Origin: Actinomycetes bacterium
Lineage (GTDB): Bacteria > Actinomycetota > Acidimicrobiia > Acidimicrobiales > CADCSY01
Direction: 5' to 3'
Length of the DNA stretch: 64,000 nucleotides
Assembly (NCBI GenBank): GCA_031398745.1
Contig: JANNNX010000009.1
Span: 4,038-68,037 of the forward strand
Shown here one piece after another: positions 30,005 to 39,963 of this stretch (position 1 is its first letter; every line of letters starts with the position of its first letter). Both the position numbers and the translations under genes were made by a program. A model generated the notes under the pieces. It was not told the DNA's origin. It ran no database searches and was given only the letters and a program-made list of their open reading frames with translations.

Positions 30005-31792
30005 GTGACCGACCTGTCCCGCTACCGCGCCGTGTCGATCATCGCCCACATCGACCACGGGAAGTCGACGCTGGCGGACCGGATCCTCGAGATCACCGGA
30101 GCGGTCGAGTCCCGCGACATGCGGGCCCAGTACCTCGACTCGATGGACATCGAGCGGGAGCGGGGTATCACCATCAAGGCCCAGAACGTGCGGGTGGGGT
30201 GGAAGGACCACGTGATCTCGCTGGTCGACACCCCTGGCCACGTCGACTTCGGCTATGAGGTGTCGCGGTCGCTAGCGGCGTGCGAGGGGGTGCTGCTGCT
30301 GGTCGACGCGGCCCAGGGGATCGAGGCCCAGACCCTGGCCAACTGCTACCTGGCCCTCGAGCACGACCTCGAGATCGTGCCCGTGCTCAACAAGATCGAC
30401 CTTCCGGCGGCCGACCCCGACCGCTGCGCCGAGGAGATCGAGCGGGTGCTCGGCCTTCCGGCCGAGAGCATCCTGCGCATCAGCGCCAAGACCGGCGAGG
30501 GCGTGGCGTCGGTGCTCGACGCGGTGATCGAGCGCATCCCCCCGCCGGTGGGCGATGCCGAGGCCCCGCTGCGGACCCTCATCTTCGATTCGTACTTCGA
30601 CCAGTACCGGGGCGTGGTGTCGGCCGTGCGGGTCATCGACGGCGTGCTGGTCAGTGGGTCCCGGCTGCGGTTCATGCAGGCCGGGACCATCCACGAGGCC
30701 GACGAGATCGGCGTGCGCACCCCCGAGCCGGTGCCGGTGGCCGAACTCGGACCGGGCGAGGTCGGGTACCTGATCGCCGGCATCAAGGACGTGGGCGAGG
30801 CTCGATCGGGCGAGACCGTGACCGACGCCGGGCGACCGGCCGGGACCCCGCTCGAGGGCTACCGCGACCCGAAGCCGATGGTGTTCTGCGGCCTCTACCC
30901 GGTCGACGGCGACGAGTTCGAGGATCTGCGGGAGGCGCTGGTCCGGCTCCAACTGAACGACGCCAGCTTCACCTACGAGCCCGAGACGTCCGGCGCCCTG
31001 GGGTTCGGCTTCCGTTGCGGGTTCCTGGGCCTGCTCCACATGGAGATCGTGCGGGAGCGCCTCGAGCGCGAGTTCGACCTCAGCCTCATCGCCACCGCCC
31101 CCTCCGTCGGCTACCAGGTCCACACCACTGGGGGTGATGTGCTCGAGGTGGCCAACCCGTCGGCCATGCCCGACCCCAGCCAGGTCGACCACATCGAGGA
31201 GCCGGTGATGACGGTCACCGTGCTCACCCCGTCGGACTACACCGGCACCCTCATGGAGCTGTGCCAGGACCGCCGGGGGGAACTGATCAAGATGGAGTAC
31301 CTCAGCCCCGAGCGCCTCGAGATCGTCTACCGCATCCCGTTGGCCGAGGTGGTGGTCGACTTCTTCGACCAGGTGAAGAGCCGGACCAAGGGCTACGCCA
31401 GCCTCGACTACGAGCCCACGGGCTACGAGCGGGCCGCCCTGGTGAAGGTCGACGTGCTGCTCAACGGGGTCCCGGTCGACGCCTTCAGCACCATCGTCCA
31501 CCGCTCGAAGGCCGACACCTACGGCCGGCGGATGACCGAGAAGCTGCGCCAGCTCATCCCCCGCCAGCTCTTCGACGTGCCCATCCAGGCGGCCATCGGC
31601 GGGCGGGTCATCGCCCGAGAAACGGTGAAGGCCAAGCGCAAGGACGTGTTGGCCAAGTGCTACGGCGGCGACATCACCCGCAAGCGCAAGCTCCTCGAGC
31701 GCCAGAAGGAGGGCAAGAAGCGGATGAAGGCCATCGGCCGGGTGGAGGTGCCCCAGGAGGCGTTCGTCTCCGCCCTCCGGCTCGACGACTGA
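30005..31792 (+). CDS. lepA: Translation elongation factor 4
   Basis: [48 protein letters not shown]. Confidence 0.97.
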   Translation: MTDLSRYRAVSIIAHIDHGKSTLADRILEITGAVESRDMRAQYLDSMDIERERGITIKAQNVRVGWKDHVISLVDTPGHVDFGYEVSRSLAACEGVLLLVDAAQGIEAQTLANCYLALEHDLEIVPVLNKIDLPAADPDRCAEEIERVLGLPAESILRISAKTGEGVASVLDAVIERIPPPVGDAEAPLRTLIFDSYFDQYRGVVSAVRVIDGVLVSGSRLRFMQAGTIHEADEIGVRTPEPVPVAELGPGEVGYLIAGIKDVGEARSGETVTDAGRPAGTPLEGYRDPKPMVFCGLYPVDGDEFEDLREALVRLQLNDASFTYEPETSGALGFGFRCGFLGLLHMEIVRERLEREFDLSLIATAPSVGYQVHTTGGDVLEVANPSAMPDPSQVDHIEEPVMTVTVLTPSDYTGTLMELCQDRRGELIKMEYLSPERLEIVYRIPLAEVVVDFFDQVKSRTKGYASLDYEPTGYERAALVKVDVLLNGVPVDAFSTIVHRSKADTYGRRMTEKLRQLIPRQLFDVPIQAAIGGRVIARETVKAKRKDVLAKCYGGDITRKRKLLERQKEGKKRMKAIGRVEVPQEAFVSALRLDD

Positions 31793-31915
31793 TCGCGCCG
31801 CCCGGGCCGTCCTGGCCGGCCGGCCGGGCAATTGGTTGACGATGTCATCGAACGGTGCGACCATCGCCCACGATGTCGTGGCGGGGGTCCGCGACCATCT
31901 GTGGAAGGGCTCACC

Positions 31916-33154
31916 ATGTCCGAGCATCCCGGCTTCATCGACCACATCGACCACAGCGCACCGTCGTCGGGAGGGGTCGCCGGTCTCGAGGCGGCCCGCC
32001 GGCTGGTGCCCGAGTTGCGGGCCCGGAGCGCCGAGGCCGAGGTCAAGCAGGGACTCCCCTTCGAGGTGGCATCGGCCATGGCCGATGCCGGCTACTTCCT
32101 CATGGGGGCGCCGGCCGAGGTGGGTGGGGGCGAGATCGACTACGTGAGCCAGTTCCGGATCATGGAGGAGCTGGCCCGGGGCGACGGCTCGGCCGGTTGG
32201 ACGATCCTGGTTCACACCGCGGCCGCTTACCTCGCGAAGTACCTCACCCTGGAGGGGGCCCAGGAGCTGTTCGCCTCACCCCACACGATCATCGCCGGCT
32301 CGCCCGGCCCCTCCGGCAAGGCGGTGCGGGTTCCCGGCGGATTCCGGGTCACCGGCGAGTGGAACTTCGCGTCGAACTCGAACCACGCCACCCATTTCAT
32401 CGGCGGCTTCCGGCTGGTCGAGGATCTGTCCGAGGAGGTCGCCCCGTTCCGCCCCGAGTCGGGGGCGGCGCCGGGCTCGATGCCCGAGATCCGCACCGCC
32501 TACTACCCGGCCCACGACGTCCAGGTCATCGCCGGATCGTGGGACACCATCGGGCTACGGGGCACCCACTCGGGTTCGTTCGCGGTGGAGGACGTCTTCG
32601 TCCCCGAGCAGCTGACGATGCCGATGGCGCGCATGGCGGCGAGCGACGTGCCGACGCTCACCATCGACGCCCCGGTGGGCGCCGGCGGCCACTCGATGGT
32701 GTCGATCGGCATCGCCCGCCACGCCCTCGAGGCCTACTACGAGCTGGCCTCGGCCAAGGCCAACGTGTTCGCCGGTGCCATCAAGGAGCGGCCCATCCAC
32801 CAGTACGAGATCGCCCGGGCCGAGTCGGTGCTGCGGGCGGCCCGGGCCTGGCAGTACGAGGTGCTCTACGACGCGGTGGGCACCTGGGAGGCCAACGGCA
32901 AGGCTCGCACCCCCGGCCAGCGGATGGTCGGTGCGCTCAACAACACCTACTGCTACGACGCGGCCAAGCAGTGCCTCGACGTCGTCTTCCGCCTCGCCGC
33001 CTCCGACGCCATCCGCAAGTCGAACGACATCGAGAAGTGCTACCGCGACGTGCTCACGGCCGGCGCCCACGTGGGCACCCAGTGGCAGAACTACCAGACC
33101 ATCGGGGCCAACCTGATCGGCCTCGACGTGAACTTCGGCGTGGGCGCCTTCTGA
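31916..33154 (+). CDS. Acyl-CoA dehydrogenase-fold flavin monooxygenase (HsaA-like)
   Basis: ELARGDGSAGW, GEWNFAS, WDTIGLRGT.S, IEKCYRD. Confidence 0.8.
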   Translation: MSEHPGFIDHIDHSAPSSGGVAGLEAARRLVPELRARSAEAEVKQGLPFEVASAMADAGYFLMGAPAEVGGGEIDYVSQFRIMEELARGDGSAGWTILVHTAAAYLAKYLTLEGAQELFASPHTIIAGSPGPSGKAVRVPGGFRVTGEWNFASNSNHATHFIGGFRLVEDLSEEVAPFRPESGAAPGSMPEIRTAYYPAHDVQVIAGSWDTIGLRGTHSGSFAVEDVFVPEQLTMPMARMAASDVPTLTIDAPVGAGGHSMVSIGIARHALEAYYELASAKANVFAGAIKERPIHQYEIARAESVLRAARAWQYEVLYDAVGTWEANGKARTPGQRMVGALNNTYCYDAAKQCLDVVFRLAASDAIRKSNDIEKCYRDVLTAGAHVGTQWQNYQTIGANLIGLDVNFGVGAF

Positions 33155-33196
33155 GCCGCCTCCCCTTCCCGATTCGTCGCCGTTCGGGCTCGGTGG

Positions 33197-33223
33197 TTGG
33201 CACTCGGTAGCATCGAGTGCCAA
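33197..33223 (+). promoter_or_regulatory. CIRCE-type HrcA operator
   Basis: TTGGCACTC-N9-GAGTGCCAA perfect inverted repeat immediately upstream of hrcA; spacer contains TAGCAT (-10-like). Confidence 0.9.
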
Positions 33224-33225
33224 CC

Positions 33226-34224
33226 ATGGACGAGCGCAAGGCAGCCATCCTGCGGGCCGTCGTCGAGACCTACGTCGAGACGGCCCAGCCGATCGGGTCG
33301 GGCCACATCGCCCGCCATCCCGACGTCGCGGTCTCGCCGGCCACCGTCCGCAACGAGATGGTGGCGCTCGAGCACGAGGGCTTCCTCTACCAGCCCCACA
33401 CCTCGGCCGGCCGGGTGCCGACCGACAAGGGCTACCGCTTCTACGTCGACAGCCTGACCCCGGCCGGTTCGCTGGGGTCGATCGAGCGTCAGCGGGTGAG
33501 CCGGTTCTTCGCCGACGCCCACGGCGCCATCGAGCGGATGCTGCACGACACCAGCCGCTTGCTGGCCGGGCTCACCGACTACGCCGCGGTGGTGGTGGGG
33601 CCCGGCTCCGAGTCGGCGTCGCTGCGGTCGGTTCAGCTCGTCGGCCTGGCCCCCCGCCACGTGCTGGTGGTGGCCGTCCTCTCCAACGGCGTGGTCGAGC
33701 GCAGCACCCTGGAGCTGGCCGACGAGGCCCTCGACGAGCAGCTGGCGTTGGCCACCGCCCACCTCTCCGCCCACCTGGTCGGCAGCCCGCTGGCCGACCT
33801 GGTCGAGCCCCCGTCGTCGGGCGACACCGTGACCGACGGACTGGCCACCGCCGCGTGGCGGGCACTGGCGGCGCTGCCCCGGGCCGAGCCCGACACCGTG
33901 TTCGTCGGCGGTACGGCCCGGGTGGCCGAGTCCTTCGACGCGGTCGACACCGTCCGGGGCGTGCTGGTGATCCTCGAGCAGCAGTACGTCGTGGTCGGCC
34001 TCCTGCGCGACGTGCTCGACCGTGGGCTCAACGTGTCGATCGGGACCGAGCACGGTGTCGAGCCGCTGGCCGAGTGCTCGGTGGTGGTGGCGCCCTACGA
34101 GGTGGACGGCGAGTCGGTCGGTGCCATCGGCGTGCTGGGCCCGACCCGGATGCACTACCAGCAGGCGATGGCGGCGGTGGCACTGGTCGGCCGCCAGCTC
34201 AGCCGAGCGCTGACCGAGGGCTGA
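33226..34224 (+). CDS. hrcA: Heat-inducible transcription repressor
   Basis: SPATVRNEM, QPHTSAGRVPTDKGYRFYVD, GVLGPTRM.Y. Confidence 0.96.
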   Translation: MDERKAAILRAVVETYVETAQPIGSGHIARHPDVAVSPATVRNEMVALEHEGFLYQPHTSAGRVPTDKGYRFYVDSLTPAGSLGSIERQRVSRFFADAHGAIERMLHDTSRLLAGLTDYAAVVVGPGSESASLRSVQLVGLAPRHVLVVAVLSNGVVERSTLELADEALDEQLALATAHLSAHLVGSPLADLVEPPSSGDTVTDGLATAAWRALAALPRAEPDTVFVGGTARVAESFDAVDTVRGVLVILEQQYVVVGLLRDVLDRGLNVSIGTEHGVEPLAECSVVVAPYEVDGESVGAIGVLGPTRMHYQQAMAAVALVGRQLSRALTEG

Positions 34225-34231
34225 GCCGACG

Positions 34232-35353
34232 GTGGCCACCGACTACTACGAGCTGCTCGGGGTGTCCCGGGCGGCCAGCCAGGACGACATCAAGCGGGCC
34301 TACCGGCGCCGGGCTCGGGAGCTGCATCCCGACGCCAACCAGGGCGATCCCGAGACCGAGGAGCGGTTCAAGGAGGTGGCCCTGGCCTACGAGGTCCTCT
34401 CCGACCCCGAGCGCCGACAGCGCTACGACCGCTTCGGGCCCGACGGGCCCCGGGGTGCGGGCGGCGACCCGTTCGCCGGCTTCGGCAACGCCAGCGGCGG
34501 GTTGGGTGACCTCTTCGACGCCTTCTTCACCGGTGGGGGGGGAGGCGGTCGGGCGGCGTCCGGTCCGCCCCGGGGCATCGACCTCGAGGTGGTGCTCGAT
34601 CTCGCCTTCGAGGAGGCGGTGTTCGGGGCATCCTCGAACCTGAGCGCCCGACTGCCGGTCACCTGCGACACCTGCGACGGCAACGGCGCGGCGCCGGGCA
34701 CGTCGCCGTCGACCTGCGCCGAGTGCGGCGGTGCCGGCCAGATCCGCCGGGTGCGCCAGTCGATCCTCGGGCAGATGGTGACGGCGTCGGTCTGCCCTCG
34801 CTGCCGGGGAGTGGGCCAGACGGTGGCCTCTCCGTGCCCATCGTGTCGGGGGGACGGGGTCCGGACCGAGGAGCGCCAGTTCCGGATCGACGTCCCGGCC
34901 GGCGTCGACGATGGCACCACTCTTCGGCTCAGCGGACGCGGGGGTGCCGGTCCCCGTCAGGGTGACCCGGGCGACCTCTTGGTGCACCTCCGGGTGGCTC
35001 CCCACCCACGGTTCACCCGCTCGGGCATCGACCTGCTCCACCAGCTCCACATCGGCGTCGCCCAGGCTGCGCTGGGCACCGAGGTCGCGCTCGAGACCCT
35101 CGACGGCACCGAGGCGGTGGTCGTGCCCCGTGGCACCCAGAGCGGCCTGGTGCTGCGGCTCCGCGACCGGGGAGTCCCCCAGGTGCGGGGCCGGGGCCGG
35201 GGCGACTTGCTGGTCGAGGTGGTCGTCGACACCCCGATCGAGCTTTCCGAGGAAGAAGAGGCTCTGCTGCGTGACCTGGCCGCACGGCGGGGCGAGGCGG
35301 TGTCCCCCCCGCCCTCGGGGCTGGTGTCGAAGCTCCGCAGCGCCTTCAAGTAG
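34232..35353 (+). CDS. dnaJ: Chaperone DnaJ
   Basis: J-domain HPD, G/F region, four CxxCxGxG repeats. Confidence 0.96.
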   Translation: MATDYYELLGVSRAASQDDIKRAYRRRARELHPDANQGDPETEERFKEVALAYEVLSDPERRQRYDRFGPDGPRGAGGDPFAGFGNASGGLGDLFDAFFTGGGGGGRAASGPPRGIDLEVVLDLAFEEAVFGASSNLSARLPVTCDTCDGNGAAPGTSPSTCAECGGAGQIRRVRQSILGQMVTASVCPRCRGVGQTVASPCPSCRGDGVRTEERQFRIDVPAGVDDGTTLRLSGRGGAGPRQGDPGDLLVHLRVAPHPRFTRSGIDLLHQLHIGVAQAALGTEVALETLDGTEAVVVPRGTQSGLVLRLRDRGVPQVRGRGRGDLLVEVVVDTPIELSEEEEALLRDLAARRGEAVSPPPSGLVSKLRSAFK

Positions 35354-35357
35354 ACGG

Positions 35358-36062
35358 GTGGGCGGCCTGCGGTCGGCGGCGGCCCACGTCTTCGTGGCCG
35401 ACCTCGAGACCCCGTCGCTCGACCCGGTCGATCGCCACCACCTGGCGCGGGTCCTGCGGATCCGCGCCGGTCAGGCGGTCTCGGCCTCCGACGGCGCCGG
35501 CCGCTGGCGGCCGTGCCGCATGGCGGCCAGCGGGGAGCTCGAGCCCGACGGCGAGGTCGTGGCCCAGGCCCGGCCGTCGCCGCCGATCACCGTCGCCTTC
35601 GCGCTGACCAAGGGCGACCGCCCGGAGGTGGCGGTGCAGAAGCTGACCGAGGTGGGGGTCGACGTCATCGTCGCCTTCGGAGCCGAGCGCTCGGTGGCCC
35701 GGTGGGACGAGGAGCGGGCACAGGGCCGCATCGAACGGCTCCGGCGGGTGGCCCGGGAGGCGGCCATGCAGAGCCGGCGGGTCTGGCTCCCCGACGTCCA
35801 GCCGCTCGCCACCTTCGCCGAGGTGGCGGGTCGCCCCGGCGCGGCTCTGGCCGAGCCCGGCGGCGGGCCGCCGTCGCTGGCGCGACCGACGGTGCTGGTC
35901 GGTCCGGAGGGGGGCTGGTCGGCCTCCGAACTGGCCGTCGGGGTCGCCACTGTGGGGCTCGGCCCGGCCGTGTTGCGGGCCGAGACCGCGGCCGTGGTGG
36001 CCGGTTCGTTGCTGGTCGCGCTCCGTGACGGCCTGGTCACGGAGATAGATGCACCCGGTTGA
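35358..36062 (+). CDS. rsmE: 16S rRNA m3U1498 methyltransferase
   Basis: HHLARVLR, QKLTEVGV, EAAMQSRR, VGPEGGW, VLRAETA. Confidence 0.93.
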   Translation: MGGLRSAAAHVFVADLETPSLDPVDRHHLARVLRIRAGQAVSASDGAGRWRPCRMAASGELEPDGEVVAQARPSPPITVAFALTKGDRPEVAVQKLTEVGVDVIVAFGAERSVARWDEERAQGRIERLRRVAREAAMQSRRVWLPDVQPLATFAEVAGRPGAALAEPGGGPPSLARPTVLVGPEGGWSASELAVGVATVGLGPAVLRAETAAVVAGSLLVALRDGLVTEIDAPG

Positions 36063-36207
36063 TGCTTGCAATGGTGTAGTTCGCACCGCGATCATGGGCC
36101 AGGGCAGGTGCAGTCGGACGCTCCGGTGTCCGGTTGCCGGTGGTGGCGCGAGCGCATAGCGTGGTCAACGGGTTGGAGACGGCCCCCGGGCGGTTGAGGA
36201 CGTGCTA

Positions 36208-36756
36208 ATGAGCGGTGCCGAGATACTCGAACCTGGGGCGCCAGGCTCTACCTATGCCGTCCAGGTGGGGGCGCGGCTCCGCGCCATCCGCAAGCAGAAG
36301 CGCCTTTCGCTCCAGGAGGTCGAGGCCACTTCCGACCAGGAGTTCAAGGCGTCGGTGCTCGGCGCCTACGAGCGGGGCGAGCGGGCCATCTCGGTGCCCC
36401 GACTCCAACGCCTGGCCCGCTTCTACAGCGTGCCGGTCGACCAGCTCCTGCCCCGGGAAGACGAGCCGGGCGCGGCGTTCATCGACCTCGAGCGGGTGGC
36501 GGCCGACGCTCGAGCCGGCGGCCTGCCCGACGCTCCGGTCACCATCGACCTGGTCCGCCTGGAGACGATGTCCGGCGACGAGGCTCGCCTGCTCGGCCGC
36601 TACCTCGAGATGATCCAGGTGCAGCGGGGCGACTTCAACGGTCGCATGCTCACCATCCGCCGCGACGACATGCGCGCCGTGGCCTGCCTGCTCGACACCA
36701 ACCCCGACACCGCTCGCGGCCGGTTGGTCGAGCTGGGCCTCCGCATCGGCGTCTGA
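36208..36756 (+). CDS. bldD: BldD-like transcriptional regulator
   Basis: GARLRAIR.Q..LSL..VE...FKASVLGAYERGERAISV.RL; C-terminal QRGDFNGRMLTIRRDD matches RxD-X8-RxxD. Confidence 0.85.
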   Translation: MSGAEILEPGAPGSTYAVQVGARLRAIRKQKRLSLQEVEATSDQEFKASVLGAYERGERAISVPRLQRLARFYSVPVDQLLPREDEPGAAFIDLERVAADARAGGLPDAPVTIDLVRLETMSGDEARLLGRYLEMIQVQRGDFNGRMLTIRRDDMRAVACLLDTNPDTARGRLVELGLRIGV

Positions 36757-36776
36757 GCCCGGGGGCCGGGTACCCG

Positions 36777-37859
36777 GTGCCGGGGTCGGCCGACGGCGGC
36801 GACCATGGGCGCTTCGGCGTCTACGTGCACGTCCCGTTCTGCACCCGCCGCTGCGACTACTGCGCCTTCGCCACCTGGGATGATCGCCCCCAGCTGTTGG
36901 ACGCCTACCTCGACGGGTTGCGGCGCGAGATCGACCGAGCGGCCCCCGAGCTCCCGGTGGCCACCAGCGTCTTCTTCGGTGGGGGAACGCCGTCGCTGCT
37001 GAGCCCGGGCCAGCTGGCCTCGGTGCTGGGCGGGCTCCGGCTGGCGCCCGGGGCCGAGGTGTCGGTCGAGTCGAACCCCGACACCCTCAGCCCCGACAAG
37101 CTGGCCGGCTACCGGGCCGCGGGGGTGACCCGCATTTCGCTCGGGGTGCAGTCGATGGTGCCCCACGTGCTCGAGGCGCTGGGCCGTGAGCACGTGGTGG
37201 CCAACGTCGAGCGGGCGGTCGAGGGGATCCTCGCCGCTGGGTTCGAGAGCTGGAACGCAGATCTGATCTACGGCGCGGCGGGGGAGTCGCTGGCCGACTG
37301 GCGCACGACGCTGGCCGCGGTGGTCGACCTCGAGCCCCCGCACGTGAGTGCCTACGGGCTCACCGTCGAGCCGGGCACGGCCCTGGCCGACGACCCGTCG
37401 CGCCATCCCGACGACGACCACCAGGCCGACGAGTACGTGCTGGCCGACGACGGGCTGCGGGCCGCCGGGCTGGCCAACTACGAGGTGTCGAACTGGGCGC
37501 GCCCCGGTCACGAGTGTCGGCACAACCTCTTGTACTGGTCGCAGGGGGAGTACCGGGGCTTCGGGTGCGCGGCCCACTCGCACGTGGCCGGTCGCCGCTG
37601 GTGGAACGTACGGACCCCCGAGCGCTATCTCGACCTGGTGAACGACGGCGGCTCGGTCGAGGCCGGCAGCGAGACTCTGGGCCCCGACGAGCGCCGCCTG
37701 GAGGGCCTCCAGCTGTCGCTACGAACGGCTACCGGAGTGCCGGCCGAGGCACTACCCCTCGACCAGGTCGAGGGGTTGGTCGAGGGGCAAGGGGATCGGG
37801 TGGTGCTCACCCGTCGGGGCCGACTGCTGGCGAATGAGGTCGCGGTCAGGCTCCGCTGA
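36777..37859 (+). CDS. hemW: Radical SAM heme chaperone
   Basis: YVHVPFCTRRCDYCAF, FFGGGTPS, YEVSNWA, HNLLYW. Confidence 0.92.
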   Translation: MPGSADGGDHGRFGVYVHVPFCTRRCDYCAFATWDDRPQLLDAYLDGLRREIDRAAPELPVATSVFFGGGTPSLLSPGQLASVLGGLRLAPGAEVSVESNPDTLSPDKLAGYRAAGVTRISLGVQSMVPHVLEALGREHVVANVERAVEGILAAGFESWNADLIYGAAGESLADWRTTLAAVVDLEPPHVSAYGLTVEPGTALADDPSRHPDDDHQADEYVLADDGLRAAGLANYEVSNWARPGHECRHNLLYWSQGEYRGFGCAAHSHVAGRRWWNVRTPERYLDLVNDGGSVEAGSETLGPDERRLEGLQLSLRTATGVPAEALPLDQVEGLVEGQGDRVVLTRRGRLLANEVAVRLR

Positions 37860-39114
37860 GCTCGACCTGCACCGTCGATCCGTCGGCCCGGGTGACGACG
37901 AGGTCGGTGCAGGCGTCGCCGTCCACGTCGGTGGCGGTGGCCTCCCGGGCGTCGGCGACCGCCCCGACGGCGGTGGCCGCCAGGTGGGTGCCGGCTGCCG
38001 GCCACCGCTCGACCACCCACAGCTCGCCGGTGGCGGGACGCAGCACCAGGGGGGTGGCCGACCCGTCGCAGTCCCAGTCGCCCGTCCGGACGACGTCGCC
38101 GGTCTGGCCCAGGGTCCAGGTCGACCCGGCCACCCGGACGGTCTGACCCTCGACCTCGACCTGATCGGGACAGCCGTCGCCGTCGACGTCGTGGCCGAGA
38201 TCGGCGTCGATCGGTGGGCAACCGGGAGGCCACAGGCGGGCGGGCTCGGTCGCCGGCTCGGTGTCGGTTGTCGTCGTGGTCGTGATCGTGGTTGTGGAGG
38301 AGGCGGTGGTGGAGGTCGGGCTGGTACTCGACGTGGCAACGCGGGGGGCGGGTGTGTCGACCGGCGCTCGGCGGACCTGGATCGTCGCCCTCGGCGTGGC
38401 CTCCTCGTCGAGGACGAGCACCCCGGCCGCCGCCGCGGCCATCGCCACCAGGCCCCCGGCGGCCGCCAGGGCCAGCCGCCGCCTCGGGTGCCGGCGACCG
38501 GGAGCCGTTCTCGGTCGCAGCACCCGGTCGGCGACGTCGTCGTCGGCCGGCACCAGGGCCGCCAGAGCATCGGCCACCACCGCCATGGTCGGCCGGGCCG
38601 AGGAATCGGCGGCGCGGGCCCGGGAGGCGATCGCTCGTAGTTCGTCGCGCTGGCGGTCGAATCCCGGCCCCGCCAGCTGGCTCACGAGGTCGCCGAGGGC
38701 CTTGACGTCGTCGGCCGGCGTCGGCCCCGGGATCGGCCAGACCCTCCACCCCACGACCACCGGCGATCCCCAGGCGTCGAGGAGCAGGTGGCGGGCGGCG
38801 AGCCGACCGTGGACGATGCCGCGGGCGTGGAGGTCGGCCAGCGTCGCCGCGACCTCGGCCACGACGCGGACCAACGCGTCGACATCATCGGCGTCGCTGA
38901 GGTCGGTCGCGGTGGTGGACCCGACATAGCGGGTGCGCACGGCCGGCGGGTCCTCGACGACCTCGACCAGCTCGACCACCCCGGGATGGACCGCCCGTCG
39001 CAGAAGGTCGGCCAGTGCGGCGGCCTCGCCACCGTCGTCGCCGGCTGGCCAGCGCCTCTCGAGCACCGGGGTCCCGTCGGTGGCGGTGGTGAGGTGGGTC
39101 GTGGAAGTCGGCAC
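37846..39114 (-). CDS. Degenerate Ser/Thr kinase-like domain, TM helix, Thr-rich linker and DxDxDG repeats
   Basis: HPGVVELVEV, LADLHARGIVHGRL, RPTM; TM LALAAAGGLVAMAAAAAGVLVL; DVDGDGCPD, DWDCDG, DVDGDACTD. Confidence 0.7.
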   Translation of the reverse strand: MPTSTTHLTTATDGTPVLERRWPAGDDGGEAAALADLLRRAVHPGVVELVEVVEDPPAVRTRYVGSTTATDLSDADDVDALVRVVAEVAATLADLHARGIVHGRLAARHLLLDAWGSPVVVGWRVWPIPGPTPADDVKALGDLVSQLAGPGFDRQRDELRAIASRARAADSSARPTMAVVADALAALVPADDDVADRVLRPRTAPGRRHPRRRLALAAAGGLVAMAAAAAGVLVLDEEATPRATIQVRRAPVDTPAPRVATSSTSPTSTTASSTTTITTTTTTDTEPATEPARLWPPGCPPIDADLGHDVDGDGCPDQVEVEGQTVRVAGSTWTLGQTGDVVRTGDWDCDGSATPLVLRPATGELWVVERWPAAGTHLAATAVGAVADAREATATDVDGDACTDLVVTRADGSTVQVELSGA

Positions 39115-39184
39115 GGCCCCACTCTGTCGTGGAAAGTAGGGAAATGCAATGAAAGATCACTAGTGGCGGATAGCCTTTCGTTCG

Positions 39185-39766
39185 ATGTCGACCCCGCCTT
39201 TCGGCCAGGAGCCGTCCGACACCGGGCTGTCAGAGCTGCCGGCGCTGCTCGATGCCGGGCGCCAGCAGGCCGACGCCGAGGAGCGTCGTCGGGCGCGAGA
39301 TCTGCGGGGTTTGGCGGTCGACCACGCGACGCTCGCCGGCGTCCTTGTCGACCTGGCCGAGCGTGGGCACCCGGTGGTGATCCGGACGATTGCCGGTGAG
39401 ATTCACCGGTCCTGGGTCGTCGCCGTCGGCGAGGACGTCACCGGCCTGGCCGAAGAGGCGGGCGGTCACGTCCTGACCTGGTGCCGAGTCGACGCCATCG
39501 TCTCCATCACCGACGCCGTCGGCGAGCCGACGAGGGTGCCCGGCGACCGCCGGCCGCCACCGGGTGGTCGCCTGGTGGAGGTGGTCGCCGACCTGGCCGC
39601 GGAACGGGCGTCGGTGGCCGTGACCCTCATCGACGGGTCGGTCGTGGCCGGTCGACTCGACGCCGCCGGGCCGAGGGTGGTCGTGCTTCGGCTCGACGGC
39701 GACCCGCCCCGGACCTGCTACCTGGCGTCGGACCGGCTGGCCTCGCTGCGCTTGCGCTCGGGGTAG
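39185..39766 (+). CDS. Hypothetical protein with two tandem Sm/LSm-like repeats
   Basis: Repeated units DLAERGHPVVIRTIAGEIHRSWVVAVGED and DLAAERASVAVTLIDGSVVAGRLDAAGPR; TAGCCT upstream of ATG. Confidence 0.6.
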   Translation: MSTPPFGQEPSDTGLSELPALLDAGRQQADAEERRRARDLRGLAVDHATLAGVLVDLAERGHPVVIRTIAGEIHRSWVVAVGEDVTGLAEEAGGHVLTWCRVDAIVSITDAVGEPTRVPGDRRPPPGGRLVEVVADLAAERASVAVTLIDGSVVAGRLDAAGPRVVVLRLDGDPPRTCYLASDRLASLRLRSG

Positions 39767-39963
39767 AGGTGGTCGAGCTCGCCGGGAAGGATCCGGTGGC
39801 GCTCGAGGTAGTCATCGACGTCGGCCGCCTTGAGCCGGTACACACGACCCATCCGGTAGGCGGGAATCTCGCCCTCGTTGATGAACCGGTAGAGGGTGCG
39901 GGTGGCGATGCCCAGCCGCTGGGCAGCCTCATCGGTGCTCAGCCAGAGGAGTTCGGCAGCCAT
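39718..39963 (-). CDS. Excisionase-family (MerR-like/BldC-like) HTH DNA-binding protein
   Basis: WLSTDEAAQRLGIATRTLYRFINEGEIPAYRMGRVYRL. Confidence 0.88.
   Translation of the reverse strand: MAAELLWLSTDEAAQRLGIATRTLYRFINEGEIPAYRMGRVYRLKAADVDDYLERHRILPGELDHLYPERKRSEASRSDAR

Noticed and set aside
36060-36200. BldD box upstream of the bldD-like gene
   Set aside because: No convincing TNAC-N5-GTNA match found by eye
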